A DNA stretch of 64,000 bases. Source: Eledone cirrhosa (taxonomy: Eukaryota). The position numbers and the translations under genes are program-made. Below, in pieces: positions 13,781-27,010 of the stretch. The stretch lies in the NCBI GenBank assembly GCA_964016885.1, contig OZ024740.1, forward strand, positions 51,956,001 to 52,020,000, in the 5' to 3' direction. How positions within the stretch are numbered: the first letter of the stretch is position 1; each line of letters opens with the position of its first letter. Below the pieces are notes generated by a model. The model had not been told where the DNA came from. It saw only the letters and a program-made list of their open reading frames with translations, and did no database searches.

Positions 13781-14942
13781 TATTATTGAATATAGAGATC
13801 GTTCATAATAGTGCGACTAATATATATTTCTATATATATTAATCTTACCTAGTGAGTAGAATATCTTTCTGAGGAGGTCAAATGAAACCGAAACCTGCCC
13901 ACTTCTTTCACCAATTGACTTTAAAAAGCAGATCCATTTCAATCTGTATTGTCTATATCGTCCAAATGTTTCAATCAACTGATCTTATAGAGTTATCACT
14001 CTTGTTTATTGTTTTTAGATTTCAAATACTCTTCAAGAGAGTTGTATGCTAATTACTTGGATATCAATTGATGAAAGATTTTCAGAACCTTCTGTATTTT
14101 GTACTTGCATTTTCTCAATAACTTGCACTAATTGTTGTAGCTGTTGCTATTGCAGTTACTGTTGTTGTTGCTGGAAGCTATCCAGCCGTGACCGTCGCGC
14201 TTTTTCGGGGGGTATGTAGGACTTACTATCTTGTGCAATGTGACCTTCCGTTACTTAAGACGGTAATGTGTATATGATTTGAGGGAATTTGGCTTCTATG
14301 TTTAGCTGTTCATGCAACCACATAGTAACCTTTCTCCCAGTCTCAAATAAGTACCTGTAATCCACTGAGGAGGTTATTCTATTTGAATGTATTTCAGTCT
14401 CTTGGAACAATTGTGTTCGGTCAACATAAATGATATTCTCTTCATTATTGTAGTTCAGTGTTTGTTGTTTTTTCATGTATTGGAGTATTGGAAATGTAAT
14501 TTATCACCTCTAAAGTGGTTCCCAAGCGAATCGATAAAACGTCCGACAGCCGAATGAAAGGTTGATAGATCGAGTTTGCACTTCATCGCCCACTGTTTCT
14601 CTGTCTGTATACTCACAACCCTTAATACACAAACCATCCACTTCACCTATGTGGAAATGTTGTTCATCTCGAAGTCATCCCGAAGTCAGATCGATCATAC
14701 TTATTTATAATCAAAGCTGTTTCAGCTGTGACTATCCTGTTTTAATTTCAACCCTAATTTAGCTAGATGTGTATTACACAATATAAGCTTTACTTTCTAA
14801 AATGTTGGATAGATGTTCGGCTGCTATTTTCAGCAGTCGAGTGACTACATAGAGATTCCCTTGTTTTACAGATCTGCCGTGTAGCACATGCACGTGTATG
14901 TGTTTGTGTGGACAGTGTAGTATGCTGGAAGCGGTGATGGTG

Positions 14943-14984
<42 letters not shown>

Positions 14985-16238
14985 CGTATGTGTGTGTGTG
15001 TGTGCGTGTGTGCGTGTGTGTGTAGTGTTGTGCGTAGAATTGTAGAGTGCTAATATTAGTTTTTACCACGAGTTCAATCCTGATATATAAGATCCATGAT
15101 AAAAGGTGTTCCAGCTATGACTATCTCGTCTTTAATCAGAGAGTATATCTATTATTACTCTGTCTAACGAATTCCTATTTGTGGAGTCCTTGTTTCAATC
15201 GTGCCTTTATTTATTACTGGTTCATATCCTATCTCTTCTTAATCAGGTTGGGGAGGGGGGTCAGCATTTTTTGGGAGCATAAACGGCGATATATCAAATT
15301 AAATAAACCGAAAAAGAAAATGTGTCGATGTGAGTCCATATCATTAGCACGTCAAAAATAAAGAGGAGGGCAGTATTTATGCTAGCATGTATATTTGAGG
15401 GTACATTTTAAAATAGCTCCACAGCTCCACCAACTGTCTGAACACGAGGGCAGATTTCTTCTATCGCTGCCACTACAACTTCAAATGCAAACGCTAGAAA
15501 GCACAACTAAGTTCCCTTACTGCAGTTTCCAAGTTCATAACATTTTAATGAAAAAAGATTGCTAAAAAGATCTCATTCAGAGAAGCATTGAGTTTTTATG
15601 ATATTGGTGACACATTTACTTATGTATATTTGCTGCTCCCTAAATGTTGAGCTGATACATGGTCCATATTAACTGCTATTTCTAGTAGCAATTTAGACTC
15701 ATCACTTTGTACGGATATACAAAATTTACCTTGTTAGTAGATTTAGGCATGCATGCTATAATATATTTTTTCTTGTCCCATGCTGGATCGATGAGAATGA
15801 ACTCACTTCTCTTAACGGTATTTATATTTTTCTTATATCTTCAAGAATCCCCTCTGACGAAAAGTTGTTCAGTTAACGGTGGCCATCTCAATCTATTGGA
15901 ATGGTTAGTGTTATTCTTCAACTTGGAAACTGCAGTAAGGGAACTTAATGAAGACTTCTAACTTTAGGTTGCTTGACTAAGACTATAACCCCAGGGAGAG
16001 ATGCTTGTGAAGTGTTTCTTTTAGATTACTTTATAGGGACCTACCTTTCAGGGATTTTGTACAAGATGTTCTAAATGTATTTGCTTCTATGAATGATTTT
16101 TTTCTAGCGATCTTATTATTTCATTGAAATGTTATGTATATTGGTGACAAATTTACTTATCTATAATATATATATATATATATATAATAAAATAAAAATG
16201 GCGTAGACATTACAATACAATAGGAGGGAACATAATAG

Positions 16239-16282
16239 TACCACTGATGATGTTGCAGATGTGCAACGAAAGAACTTTGATA
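16239..16282 (+). ncRNA. Minimal type I hammerhead motif, family C
   Basis: tacca CTGATGA t gttgca-gatg-tgcaac GAAA gaac TT tgata. Confidence 0.72.
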
Positions 16283-16437
16283 GACCATATATATATATTT
16301 ATATCTGTATTTTTAACCGTTGGTCAATCAATGATAAACATTGATTGTCAAATAAATTAACCATGGAGATATAAAAGATACAGAAGCGAAAACCAACCAA
16401 ACAGTGAGTGTGTTCTGTTATTATTTCTGGCAATATT

Positions 16438-16591
16438 CGGGCGCCATGCTTTGCAGCATAGTTACTTCCCTTTACGATCTGAGGTCAAATCCCGCCGAGG
16501 TTAACTTTGCCTTTCATCCTTACGGGATCGATAAAATAAAGTACCAGTAATGTACTGGGTAATTGCTGGCCTTGTGCCAAAAGTAGAAACA
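16438..16591 (+). mobile_element. 5'-truncated SINE with 18-bp TSD
   Basis: TSD attatttctggcaatatt at 16420-16437 and 16592-16609. Confidence 0.9.
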
Positions 16592-16635
16592 ATTATTTCT
16601 GGCAATATTATTACAATATGACCCGCCCGAAGTAT

Positions 16636-16720
<85 letters not shown>

Positions 16721-17222
16721 TTTTGTGATGTTTTGCATTCTTGCAATAATATACACAACTGAATTCATTCGCCTAAAATAAGGGTTGCCTCCTTTGCCGA
16801 ACTCCACGTGGGGTCATTAACAGTCATTCCTTAAATTAGCAATTGAACTAAAACATGTTGATAAAGTGGCTTCCTTGTTCAATCATCTTACCAGAAGCCT
16901 AACATTATTTATGTAACCGGACAGTACTAGATTTAGGAGACGCAGAAACCCAAATGCTGGATTTTACCAACCATCCAGGGGTCCGGGTAAATTTTCAATC
17001 ACATATATTTTTATTTGTTTGACCCGAATTACTTGGTCGTTTCTTTGGCTGTGCGGATGTTTGTTTAACCATCGTCTCAGTGTGTTTGGCCTTTAACGTA
17101 TGTTGTAGCTCTGGTTCATCTGAATCATCGAGCGCTTGCCACACATCTCGGAAGTTGTTTTTCGTTAATTCCTAAGCCGAAATACGATTCTCGCTAATTT
17201 ATATTTATATAAGTTTTAATAT

Positions 17223-17492
<270 letters not shown>

Positions 17493-17771
17493 CGAAGGAA
17501 TTGTGGTAAGGAACCAGATGGACCATAACGCACCAAAGTACTCAATACTTAGGGTAGTAGAGTGGGTAATAGGAACAAGTATGGCCCCGACGGAAAATAG
17601 TAAAATCCAATCTCTGGCGGTTTGCAAGTAAATTCGGCCAACTTATATGAAATGATGAGTTAGCAAAGCACTCGATAAGTTGGGGCCTTAGAGTAATAAC
17701 ATACGTTTAAATAGCTTGACAAATCGAACATTGTGGTAGGCGAATCTAACACACAATATATACCAAAGTAA

Positions 17772-17888
17772 CGATCTGAGTTCAAATCCCGCCGAGGTTG
17801 ACTTTGCCTTTCATCCTTACGGGGTCGATAAAATAAAGTACCAGTAATGAACTGGGTTATTGCTGGCCTTGTGCCTAAAGTAGAAACA
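17772..17888 (+). mobile_element. 5'-truncated SINE with 21-bp TSD
   Basis: aatatataccaaagtaacgat at 17755-17775 and 17889-17909. Confidence 0.9.
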
Positions 17889-18445
17889 AATATATACCAA
17901 AGTAACGATAGAACTAATCAGGTTGAAAAAAATACACCTGGACAAATCAAACGATCACTCGTTTAAAGTGTTTCTTTGAATCCGAAATCAAATATCAGAC
18001 TTACATGACTGGCAAGCTCGTGGTATTCATGATCGCACGGAGGATTCATTTTTTCAACAGGTTTTTCGTTCTACCCAGGACCGAAGTGATAAGCTATATG
18101 TTGCTGCTATATATGCTGCGTATCGTATCTATAGCTGTCACGTGTTAATTCCGGCAAGAGAAATAACCCCCGGTTTTTGGCGGGTCATTCAAAATGTTAG
18201 ACAAAGGAAATATTTTAATTTCCGCTAATCATCATGATAAGCTCTCAACTAGATGTTATAAAACAAACATAAATAATTAACCAATCAACAGAATTGTCTA
18301 ATTAAATTAATTAGTTAATTATTAAATCTAGGAGAATAATATAATTGGAAACTAGTAAAATCGAATCTCTGGCGGTTTGCAAGTAAATTCGGCCTACTTA
18401 TATGAAATGATGAGTTAGCAAAGCACTCGATAAGTTGGGGCCTTA

Positions 18446-18671
18446 TTGATCTGGGTAAATTGAATGATCGAACACTATATAATGGTTACTTCACCACCCA
18501 TTTTTAGCGCCGATATTCGAGATCAATCACTCCGTCTTCCCCAGAAATAATCAATGCTAATAAACAGATTGTTTCCGAGGAAGACGGAGTTATTGACCTC
18601 GAATATCGGCCCGAAATAGGTGGTGACATAATCACTACCTGGTGTTTGATTATTGGATTTACCATGATCAA
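18446..18671. mobile_element. Imperfect palindromic MITE-like element
   Basis: Arms pair along their length, e.g. ccgatattcgag.tcaat.actccgtcttcc / ggaagacggagt.attga.ctcgaatatcgg. Confidence 0.6.
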
Positions 18672-18832
18672 CAAGCCCTCTGAAACGATCGTAAAATAAT
18701 GAAATCTCTTAACAACCTACACCTGATATCTTATGTGACTGATGCCTACCACAAAACCTAAGCCCTGAAAGCATTACCTTGATGAATCTACACTATAACG
18801 TTGCATTGAATTCTATCAACATTGTCTGCCTC

Positions 18833-19003
18833 AGTATCGGTAGAGGGTCGGACGCCATGCTTTCCAGCATAGTTACGTCCCTTTACGATCTGAGTTCAAA
18901 TCCCGCCGAGGTTGACTTTGCCTTTCATCCTTACGGGGTCGATAAAATAAAGTACCAGTAATGCACTGGGTAATTGCTGGCCTTGTGCCTAAAGTAGAAA
19001 CAA
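18833..19003 (+). mobile_element. tRNA-derived SINE (dominant family)
   Basis: Near-identical to 40165-40338. Confidence 0.88.
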
Positions 19004-19249
19004 TTAAATATGTATATACCAATCCTCTAAACTCACCATTTTCATGTAGATAAACAGTCGAGAAACAATATATATGGCTCACTGAACACACACGTGCTTA
19101 TTCTAAAAAAAATATTTTTTCCGTTCCTTCCTCTTCTCATTCTCTATCTTTCTATTTTATCTTTTATTTTTCATTCTATTTTCTGATGGAAAGCTAAGCG
19201 TAAAGATTGTTTTCCTACAATAATAAGCATTCAACTAATATATATATAT

Positions 19250-19625
19250 ATCCCAGAGCCTCTACTGAAGGATGCACTTGCCTTTGTCAGGAACTTTACC
19301 ACCGTTACTGACGCTGAGCGGGATGTGATCCTCCACGCCCGTAAGACCTTCTTATACAACGAAGGTTCTTACTGGATTAATAAGAAATCTGAAACTCCAT
19401 TTGACGGAACTAGTGAATCCGCAGACGTTAGCGTCCTGGTGGGCCTATATATCCTATATCACCCGAAGAACCATTTCACAGGCCTTACCGGAGGATTATA
19501 TCGCGACGATGGCCTTTTTGCTTTGCACAAGGTAAACCCCAGAACCACTGGTGGGTTTCGAAAAAACGTGTACTCTTTCTTCCGTAATCTAGGTTTTAGA
19601 ATAACCATTGATTCAAATATAATAG
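19250..19625 (+). pseudogene. Penelope-like RT fragment
   Basis: ILHARKTFLYNEGSYW.NKK..PFD...LVGLYIL...GGLYRDDGL. Confidence 0.85.
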
Positions 19626-19799
19626 GTCCATGTACACATAAATATATATATTTATATATTTATGTGTGTATGTATATGTATATACCAGGAGCGAAGGGTC
19701 CGTGCATGCAACGCATGCAGTGCATGCGTTAGAGAATCTTGAGTTGATCAATTGCGTCGGTTGAAGCTTATTAAAACGTATAGACACAAAAAAAGATAA

Positions 19800-20425
<626 letters not shown>

Positions 20426-23348
20426 CAATATATTAATAAATGGAAACTATATTTATAAAACCATAATTATTTTATTATATATATTTCAAGAGCAACCAAG
20501 GCAAATTATGGTGCGCTTTCATCAGATAAAATACAGATTTGTTTTATAAATAAATATTGACATACCCGGAAAAAAGACAACCTTAACAGTTGAAGTTCGC
20601 TGGTTAGTGGAGATAATATTTTATTGAGGGTGATACAAAGTTATGAGTGAGTATGCAATGAGTGTCAGAAAAATTGAAAAAACAACGGTTTATTTAAATT
20701 AAACTGTTGGAAGAAAGGAGATGTAAAAGGGAGAGAGAAAAAATATTGAGAGGGAGAGAGAAAAAATATTGAAAGGAAGGGAGAAAGAATAGTGAAAGGG
20801 AGAAAGGAGAAAAGAGAAAGAGAAAGAGAGAAGAAGAAGGAAAGACAAGACAAGATTATGCATAGTGATAGTGAAGAGAAGCGAAGCGAACGAAGAAATA
20901 AGTTTTACATGGATGAATACTCAAAACGTAAATATAACGTTCATTATGCTGTTTATAGTATTTATAATGCTAAGTTAAAAAATTAAATTAAATTAAGGAT
21001 AAAAAAATTGTTAAGATTTAAAAATATTGTTAGAATTTAATTAAAAATTTAATTAAAATTTAATTAAAATAAGATATATTACAAAAAGAAGTATTTAAAA
21101 TATATTAAGATGCATTAATAATATATGGGTTTAGATGGGTATGTTATGTTATAGATTATAAATTATTTAAATGCATAGTATTTTACATTGGAAAAAATCT
21201 AGTATAGTTTATTTGATTAAAGTAAGTTTGGCAAAATTATATTTATCCAGAATTTATTAATAGTTGTAAGTCAAATCTTAAACATCCAAATAATTCCAAA
21301 AATTACGAAAATTTACGAGAGTTTACAAAGGAATAAGTACTTAATTAGAAGTATATATTAAAACCATTTAAAAATTCAGACTATAAATTAAGACTATAAA
21401 AATTGAGATTATAAAAACAATAAGGAAGTTTAAAGGAAATTAAAAGGGATTTAAAAAAATTCAAATGACTCCAAGGATAGATAAAAATCTCTTAAAAAAG
21501 TTATAAAAAGTTATAAAAAGTTATAAAAAGTTATAAAAATTCATCTTAAAATATAATTAAAACATAACACATACATTATTCCACATATATATAAATAATA
21601 TAAATATTTGGTTATATATGAAAATACATAAATATTAAAATGTTTAAAATATTGGAAGATATAAAAATATTTGAAGATATGAAAATAATGGTTTTTCCGT
21701 ATCTTTCAAAAGGATCTTTCAAAAATTTTACGAAAAGTTTTCCAAAAAATTTTCAGAAAGTCTTTCAAAGGAAATTTTTAGAATTTTCAAAACCTTTTCT
21801 TAAAAGAATTTCAAGTAATCATATAAAAAGGTTATGATATATTTTTTGGATTGATAAGTGTAATAATAAAAAGTATATTTTGAAGTAGAAAAATTAGAAA
21901 GTAAAGGTTTTAAGGAGTAAATTAAAATTTAATAAGTGTATTTTATATATTTAGGAAGTTATCAAGGTTAGAATTATATTAAGTTCTTGAATCATATATA
22001 GATATAATCTGAGGGATGAGATTATAGGTGTTTGGATATAGAAAACGTTATGTAAGGAAGATTGACCATATATTACATTTTATATATATATCTAAAGTTG
22101 AATTTAAACGATGTTTACAAGAACTAAATAAATTATTACGTAAATTAATAGAGTTCTTACATTTTAGTATAAAGAATATTTCTTCGACGCATAGGTTGCA
22201 AAATTTGGATAGAGCTCTGTAGGATGGTGCTTTGGAGACAATATTCCAAGATAAAGAATAGTTTAAATTCTTGGATTTTAAGTTCCATAATAAGTTGGAT
22301 AGAGAAGTTGAAGATTTTTTACCAATATTCGTAAAGGAACATTTATGATTATTGAAACGAGATTTGAAGTCTGTCGAAGTAGAGCCGACATAGTTAAAGG
22401 AATTATCATTGGTTTTGACATTGCAATTGTATACTACATTTTTAACTAAACAGTTATTATTTAAAGGACAGTTAGATTTATTTCCACAATTACATTTATC
22501 GAATTTATATTATTGGGAACGGTATCATTATATTGGATATTGCTAGAGGTATTAATACTATTCTGGTTAAGTTTTAAGTTTCTATTATTATTTCTATTTA
22601 TATTCTGCGCTAAATTCATAGTGGTAGAATATGATAGTTTAATTGTGTGTCTATTAAAGATTGAGTGATACCTATGTGTTTGGGAAAATAATTATCTAGA
22701 GCTTTAAAAAATAGTTTAGCTATTGGAGTTTTAATACTTAATGAGGAAGGGGGAGCGAACCATAATATATTTCTAGTTCTATTTTGTCTTTTAATTTTAG
22801 AGTTAGTGCTAGGTTTCTTATAATTATAATTATGGTTAATTGGCATATCTTTATTATCAATGTATTTAATTTCATTATTATAGCCTGCTCTACTTAAAGC
22901 TTCGTTATAATATTGTGCCTTATCTTCAAATATATTTTTTATTCCAACAGTTTATCTTCAAATATATTTTTATTCCAACAGTTTAATTTAAATAAACCGT
23001 TGTATTTTCGATTTTTCTGACACTCATTTGCATACTCACTCATAACTTTGTATCACCCTCAATAAAATATTATCTCCACTAACCAGCGAACTGCAACCGT
23101 TAAGGTTGTCTTTTTTCCGGGTATGTCAATATTTATTTATAAAACAAATCTGTATTTTATCTGATGAAAGCGCACCATAATTTGCCTTGGTTGCCCTTGA
23201 AATATATATAATAAAATAATTATGGTTTTATAAATATAGTTTCCATTTATTAATATATTGAATATTTACTCCACTAAGCAGTTGAATGCTTTATATCAGT
23301 TATAAAATTTTTAAGATTGTTGAATCCCAACAAATTAAATATAACCTC

Positions 23349-23351
<3 letters not shown>
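20426..23351 (-). mobile_element. Penelope-like insertion with inverted pLTRs (family D)
   Basis: Inverted repeats 20426-20712 and 22973-23260 plus tail to 23351; minus-strand coding remnant ~22060-22940 (NRTRNILWFAPP, CNCGNKSNCPL, YVGSTSTDFKSRFNNHK, CNLC). Confidence 0.88.
23153..23218 (+). ncRNA. Type I hammerhead motif, family D (inverted copy at 20468-20533)
   Basis: tattttat CTGATGA aag..gca.cca-loop-tgg.tgc..ctt GAAA tatata TA ataaaata; 8-bp stem I and palindromic stem III. Confidence 0.78.
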
Positions 23352-23403
<52 letters not shown>

Positions 23404-23405
<2 letters not shown>

Positions 23406-23984
23406 CGTTTCTGAATTTGTTTAGCAAGATTCTTTATCTGAAATCGTGTGTTGAAACCGATATTGTTATACTTTGGGAGGGTCATGTTGCCAATAAGAAA
23501 CACACGCACCAGTTGCTTTCACTTCAATTTAATTTATTAAATATTTATAAGTTTACAAATTTATAAATTTATGAATTTCTGGTTGGTTGGTTGGTTCCAC
23601 AACCAGATAGTTGTTTATATATATATAGTCATAGTTCTTTCGTCACACACTCTGTGACCTCTTCAGTGACTGGGGATTTCTTTCTTCGTTTCTGTGCCTT
23701 TCCTTTCTTCTATCCTACGCCATTTTGTTTGGCGTAGGATAGAAGAAAGGAAAGGCACAGAAACGAAGAAAGAAATCCCCAGTCACTGAAGAGGTCACAG
23801 AGTGTGTGACGAAAGAACTATGACTATATATATATAAACAACTATCTGGTTGTGGAACCAACCAACCAACCAGAAATTTATAAATTTATAAATTTGTAAA
23901 CTTATAAATATTTAATAAATTAAATTGAAGTGAAAGCAACTGGTGCGTGTGTTTCTTATTGGCAACATGACCCTCCCAAAGTAT

Positions 23985-23992
<8 letters not shown>
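23404..23992. mobile_element. Near-perfect 263-bp-arm palindrome of a family C-related pLTR
   Basis: Arms 23460-23722 and 23730-23992, 7-nt loop, one mismatch seen, 56-bp unpaired tail, (TA)n on both sides. Confidence 0.85.
23781..23825 (+). ncRNA. Minimal hammerhead motif, family C variant (inverted copy at 23627-23671)
   Basis: agtca CTGAAGA g gtcaca-gagtg-tgtgac GAAA gaac TA tgact. Confidence 0.8.
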
Positions 23993-24022
<30 letters not shown>

Positions 24023-24361
24023 GCCATTCAAAATAGAAAGTTAGAGGGTGAGAAGAGGAATTAACGGAAAAAGATATTTTTTAGAAAAAGGATGTGTGTA
24101 TTCAGCCACCCATATATAATGTTTCCCGACTGTTTACCTACAGGAAAATGGTGAGCTTAGAGTATTCGGCTGGAGTTCGGAATTTCCCGTTGTTATTGTT
24201 CTGCTCCCCAGTTTCTTCGCTCGTTTCAGTACTGTATCATTTGTTAGCGTATTGTCCCATTTTCAACCCGTTTTATTACATGTTTATTTTATCATATATT
24301 CCAACGCTATATAGTATACCCGCAGCTATCTGACCTTTGGCTTACTATAGATATATTTTTA

Positions 24362-24663
24362 CATGTATGTATGTATGTATGTATGTATGTATGTATGTAT
24401 GTATGTATGTATGTATGTATGTATGTATGTATGTATGTATGTATGTGTGTATGTATGTATGTATGTATGTATGTATGTATGTATGTATGTGATGTATGTA
24501 TGTATGTATGTATGTGTGTATGTATGTATGTATGTATGTGTGTATGTGTGTATGTGTGTATGTATGTATGTATGTATGTATGTATGTATGTATGTATGTA
24601 TGTATGTGATGTATGTATGTATGTATGTATGCATGTATGTATGTATGTATGTATGTATGTATG
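24362..24663. repeat. (TATG)n microsatellite
   Basis: Directly visible. Confidence 0.95.
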
Positions 24664-26060
24664 TTCTTCTGGTTTTATAATTTCACAAAGTTTTATCAAT
24701 AGAGAGAGAGTCGGTTTCTAACATAGACACAAGACTCTCTCATTGGAATGTACACAACATCAACTAGGTAGATATGTATGCATGTCTGCAGGCGTATGTT
24801 TGTATGTTTGTATGTATGTATGTATGTATGTTTTTCTGGTTATATAATTTCGCAATTCTACGGATTGCATTGTACAGTGTTTTGGCCACTATATCATGCC
24901 TCATTGGTAGATAGTACCGCGATGACATCTTTGGACAGCTGCTTATGACATGGGTGACATCTCCGATGTTAATTCTGCAGAGTCTGCACTTGTCACATAC
25001 ATCTAGGGGTTTTGGCTGCATCCCTATCTCTTTTGTGAATCAGGTATTTTGTGTTGATTTCCTGCTCTGACATGGGTGATATCTTCGATGTATGTATGTT
25101 GTATGTATGTATGTATGTATGTATGTATGTATGTATGTATGTATGTATGTATGTATGTATGTATGTATGTATGTATGCATGGTCGGATCGTCGGCGACTA
25201 AACCGGCAACCCAACCAAGTTTACTTGGTGAGGAGGGGGATTTTTGACACCCTGCAGGACAAAAAACAAAACCTTGTAATTTCCTAACTAGTTGTGTTAT
25301 TTCTGTTCCTGTGAAGCCTAGCTTCTCAAGATTTGTATTGAGGCAGTTACTAACATACCCCAGTGCCCCAATAATCACAGGCATAAATCTGAAGGTATAA
25401 TCAGGGTGGAGTATCTGCAGATTCCTCATTAGTTCTGCATAGATATTCTCCCTTTCGCTCATCTTTAATATTATATTGGCATCTGCTGGACAGCTAACTT
25501 CCACTACTGTGCATGCCTTCTTTTCCCTGTCCCATATCATAATATCTGGTCTGTTATGCCTGCATTTTGTTGGTATTTTTACTGGAATATTCCACCAGTA
25601 CTCTTTCATATAATGTATATGTATGTCTTCCATATTGCTGTAGCTTTTAATGTGTTTATTGTCGGGGTTATCTTTTCTACGGATTGTACACCATGCTTCA
25701 TAGGTAGATAGTGCCGTGATGACATCTTTGGACAGCTGCTGATGACATGGGTGATATCCTTCGATGTTAATTCTGCAGAGACTGCACTTGTCACATCTCG
25801 GTGTTTTGCCTGCATCCCTATCTCTTTTGTGAATCTGGTATTTTGTGTTGATTTCTTCTTCTTGGATTGCAAAAGCGTATCCTTCAAAGTAGGAGCCAAT
25901 ACAGCGGTTGTTGGTCCAAGATAGACTACTTTGCTTATCTATATTACTCTCATTCTGGAGCTTCTTGGCAACATATCCATGCATGATTTTTTGCTGATAA
26001 GCATGCAGCTTTTCAACCATGGACTCCCTGCGGTACTGCTGGGCAATTTCCCTGGGTGTG
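24664..26060 (-). mobile_element. Cluster of R4/Dong-like REL retrotransposon fragments separated by (CATA)n
   Basis: CRLC...HVISSCPKMSSRYYLPMRHDIVAK and HNRPDIMIWDREKK..VVEVSCP (zinc knuckle + PD..E endonuclease); 3' UTR ending aaaaccagaagaa(CATA)n. Confidence 0.85.
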
Positions 26061-26133
26061 AGTATGTATGTATGTATGTATGTATGTATGTATGTATGTA
26101 TGTATGTATGTATGTATGTATGTATGTATGTAT

Positions 26134-27010
26134 GTTCTTCTGGTTTTATAATTTCACAAAGTTTTACCAATAGAGAGAGTCGGTTTCTAACATAGACACA
26201 AGACTCTCTCATTGGAATTTACACAACATCAACTAGGTAGATATGTATGTATGCATGCATGTGTAGATATGGATGTTATTGTATGTGTGGATGTGTATGT
26301 TTTGAGTTGTATGTGTGCATGTGTATATGCTTTGCATCTGTACATGTGTATATGCAGTTATTAGATGCAAAATGTTTGGAATGCTTTACATATTTTTACT
26401 GTTCCATTAATGGATTGTACTTGTAATTTACTAACTAGTTGTGTTCTTTCTGTTTCTGTGAAGCCTAGCTTCTCAAGATTTGTATTGAAGCAGTTACTAA
26501 TATATCCCAGTGCCCCAATAATCACAGGCATAAATCTGAAGGTGTAATTAGGGTGGAGTATCTGCAGATTTCTCATCAGTTCTGCATAAATATTCTCCTT
26601 CATATAGCCAATGGAGGGATTGTTTGTTGTCATTTTATAACAATTAAATAAATCATTATTAAGTTCGCAACTCCAAGAGAAGTGCGATTTATAATTTCGG
26701 TTTCTTCTGTAGCTACAACTGAATAAAGTTTGATTACCTTCCTTGTTGGTTGTCTTCGATACTTCCTTAATTTTTTTGTTGTTGTTGTGTTCAGCCATGC
26801 TGTTTGTAGCAAATCCTTGTAAAATGAATTATGTATTTAGTCGGATATCTCTACGAATTCGAATAAAAGGTGTCTTCAGAAAGGATAGTTAGAAGAATAA
26901 CCAGTTATCAACCTGACTGTAGTTGTGTGGCATTACTGTCGGAGATAGTATTCATCTTAAATTTAATAAATAGTCTCCCACGCCAAAATATGCGACTGAT
27001 CGCGTTGACT
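26134..27010 (-). mobile_element. Internally deleted R4/Dong-like mini-element with a 145-aa fusion ORF (26361-26798)
   Basis: N-terminal W..ELN..LF.CY......GYMK motif joined in frame to the C-terminal ENIYAELMRNL...FQTFCI; intact 3' UTR; (CATA)n on both sides. Confidence 0.75.

Larger units (their letters stand above)
16190..16640 (+). mobile_element. PLE pLTR, family C, interrupted by a SINE
   Basis: Reverse-complement match to 51700-52000; flanked by (TA)n. Confidence 0.75.

Noticed and set aside
13850-13943. Possible minus-strand exon ending at ag|gtaag with an open frame
   Set aside because: Weak acceptor, no recognisable peptide and no partner exons; would need RNA-seq
17630-17685. 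SECIS element or C/D snoRNA
   Set aside because: Helix II is far too short for a SECIS and there is no box D; kept only as an unexplained hairpin
25040-26212. 390-aa ORF as a real gene
   Set aside because: Read-through across a 3' UTR, (CATA)n, a frameshifted Dong fragment and an antisense repeat
26800-27010. HDV-like ribozyme in the Dong leader
   Set aside because: Could not build the nested double pseudoknot by hand; needs a descriptor search
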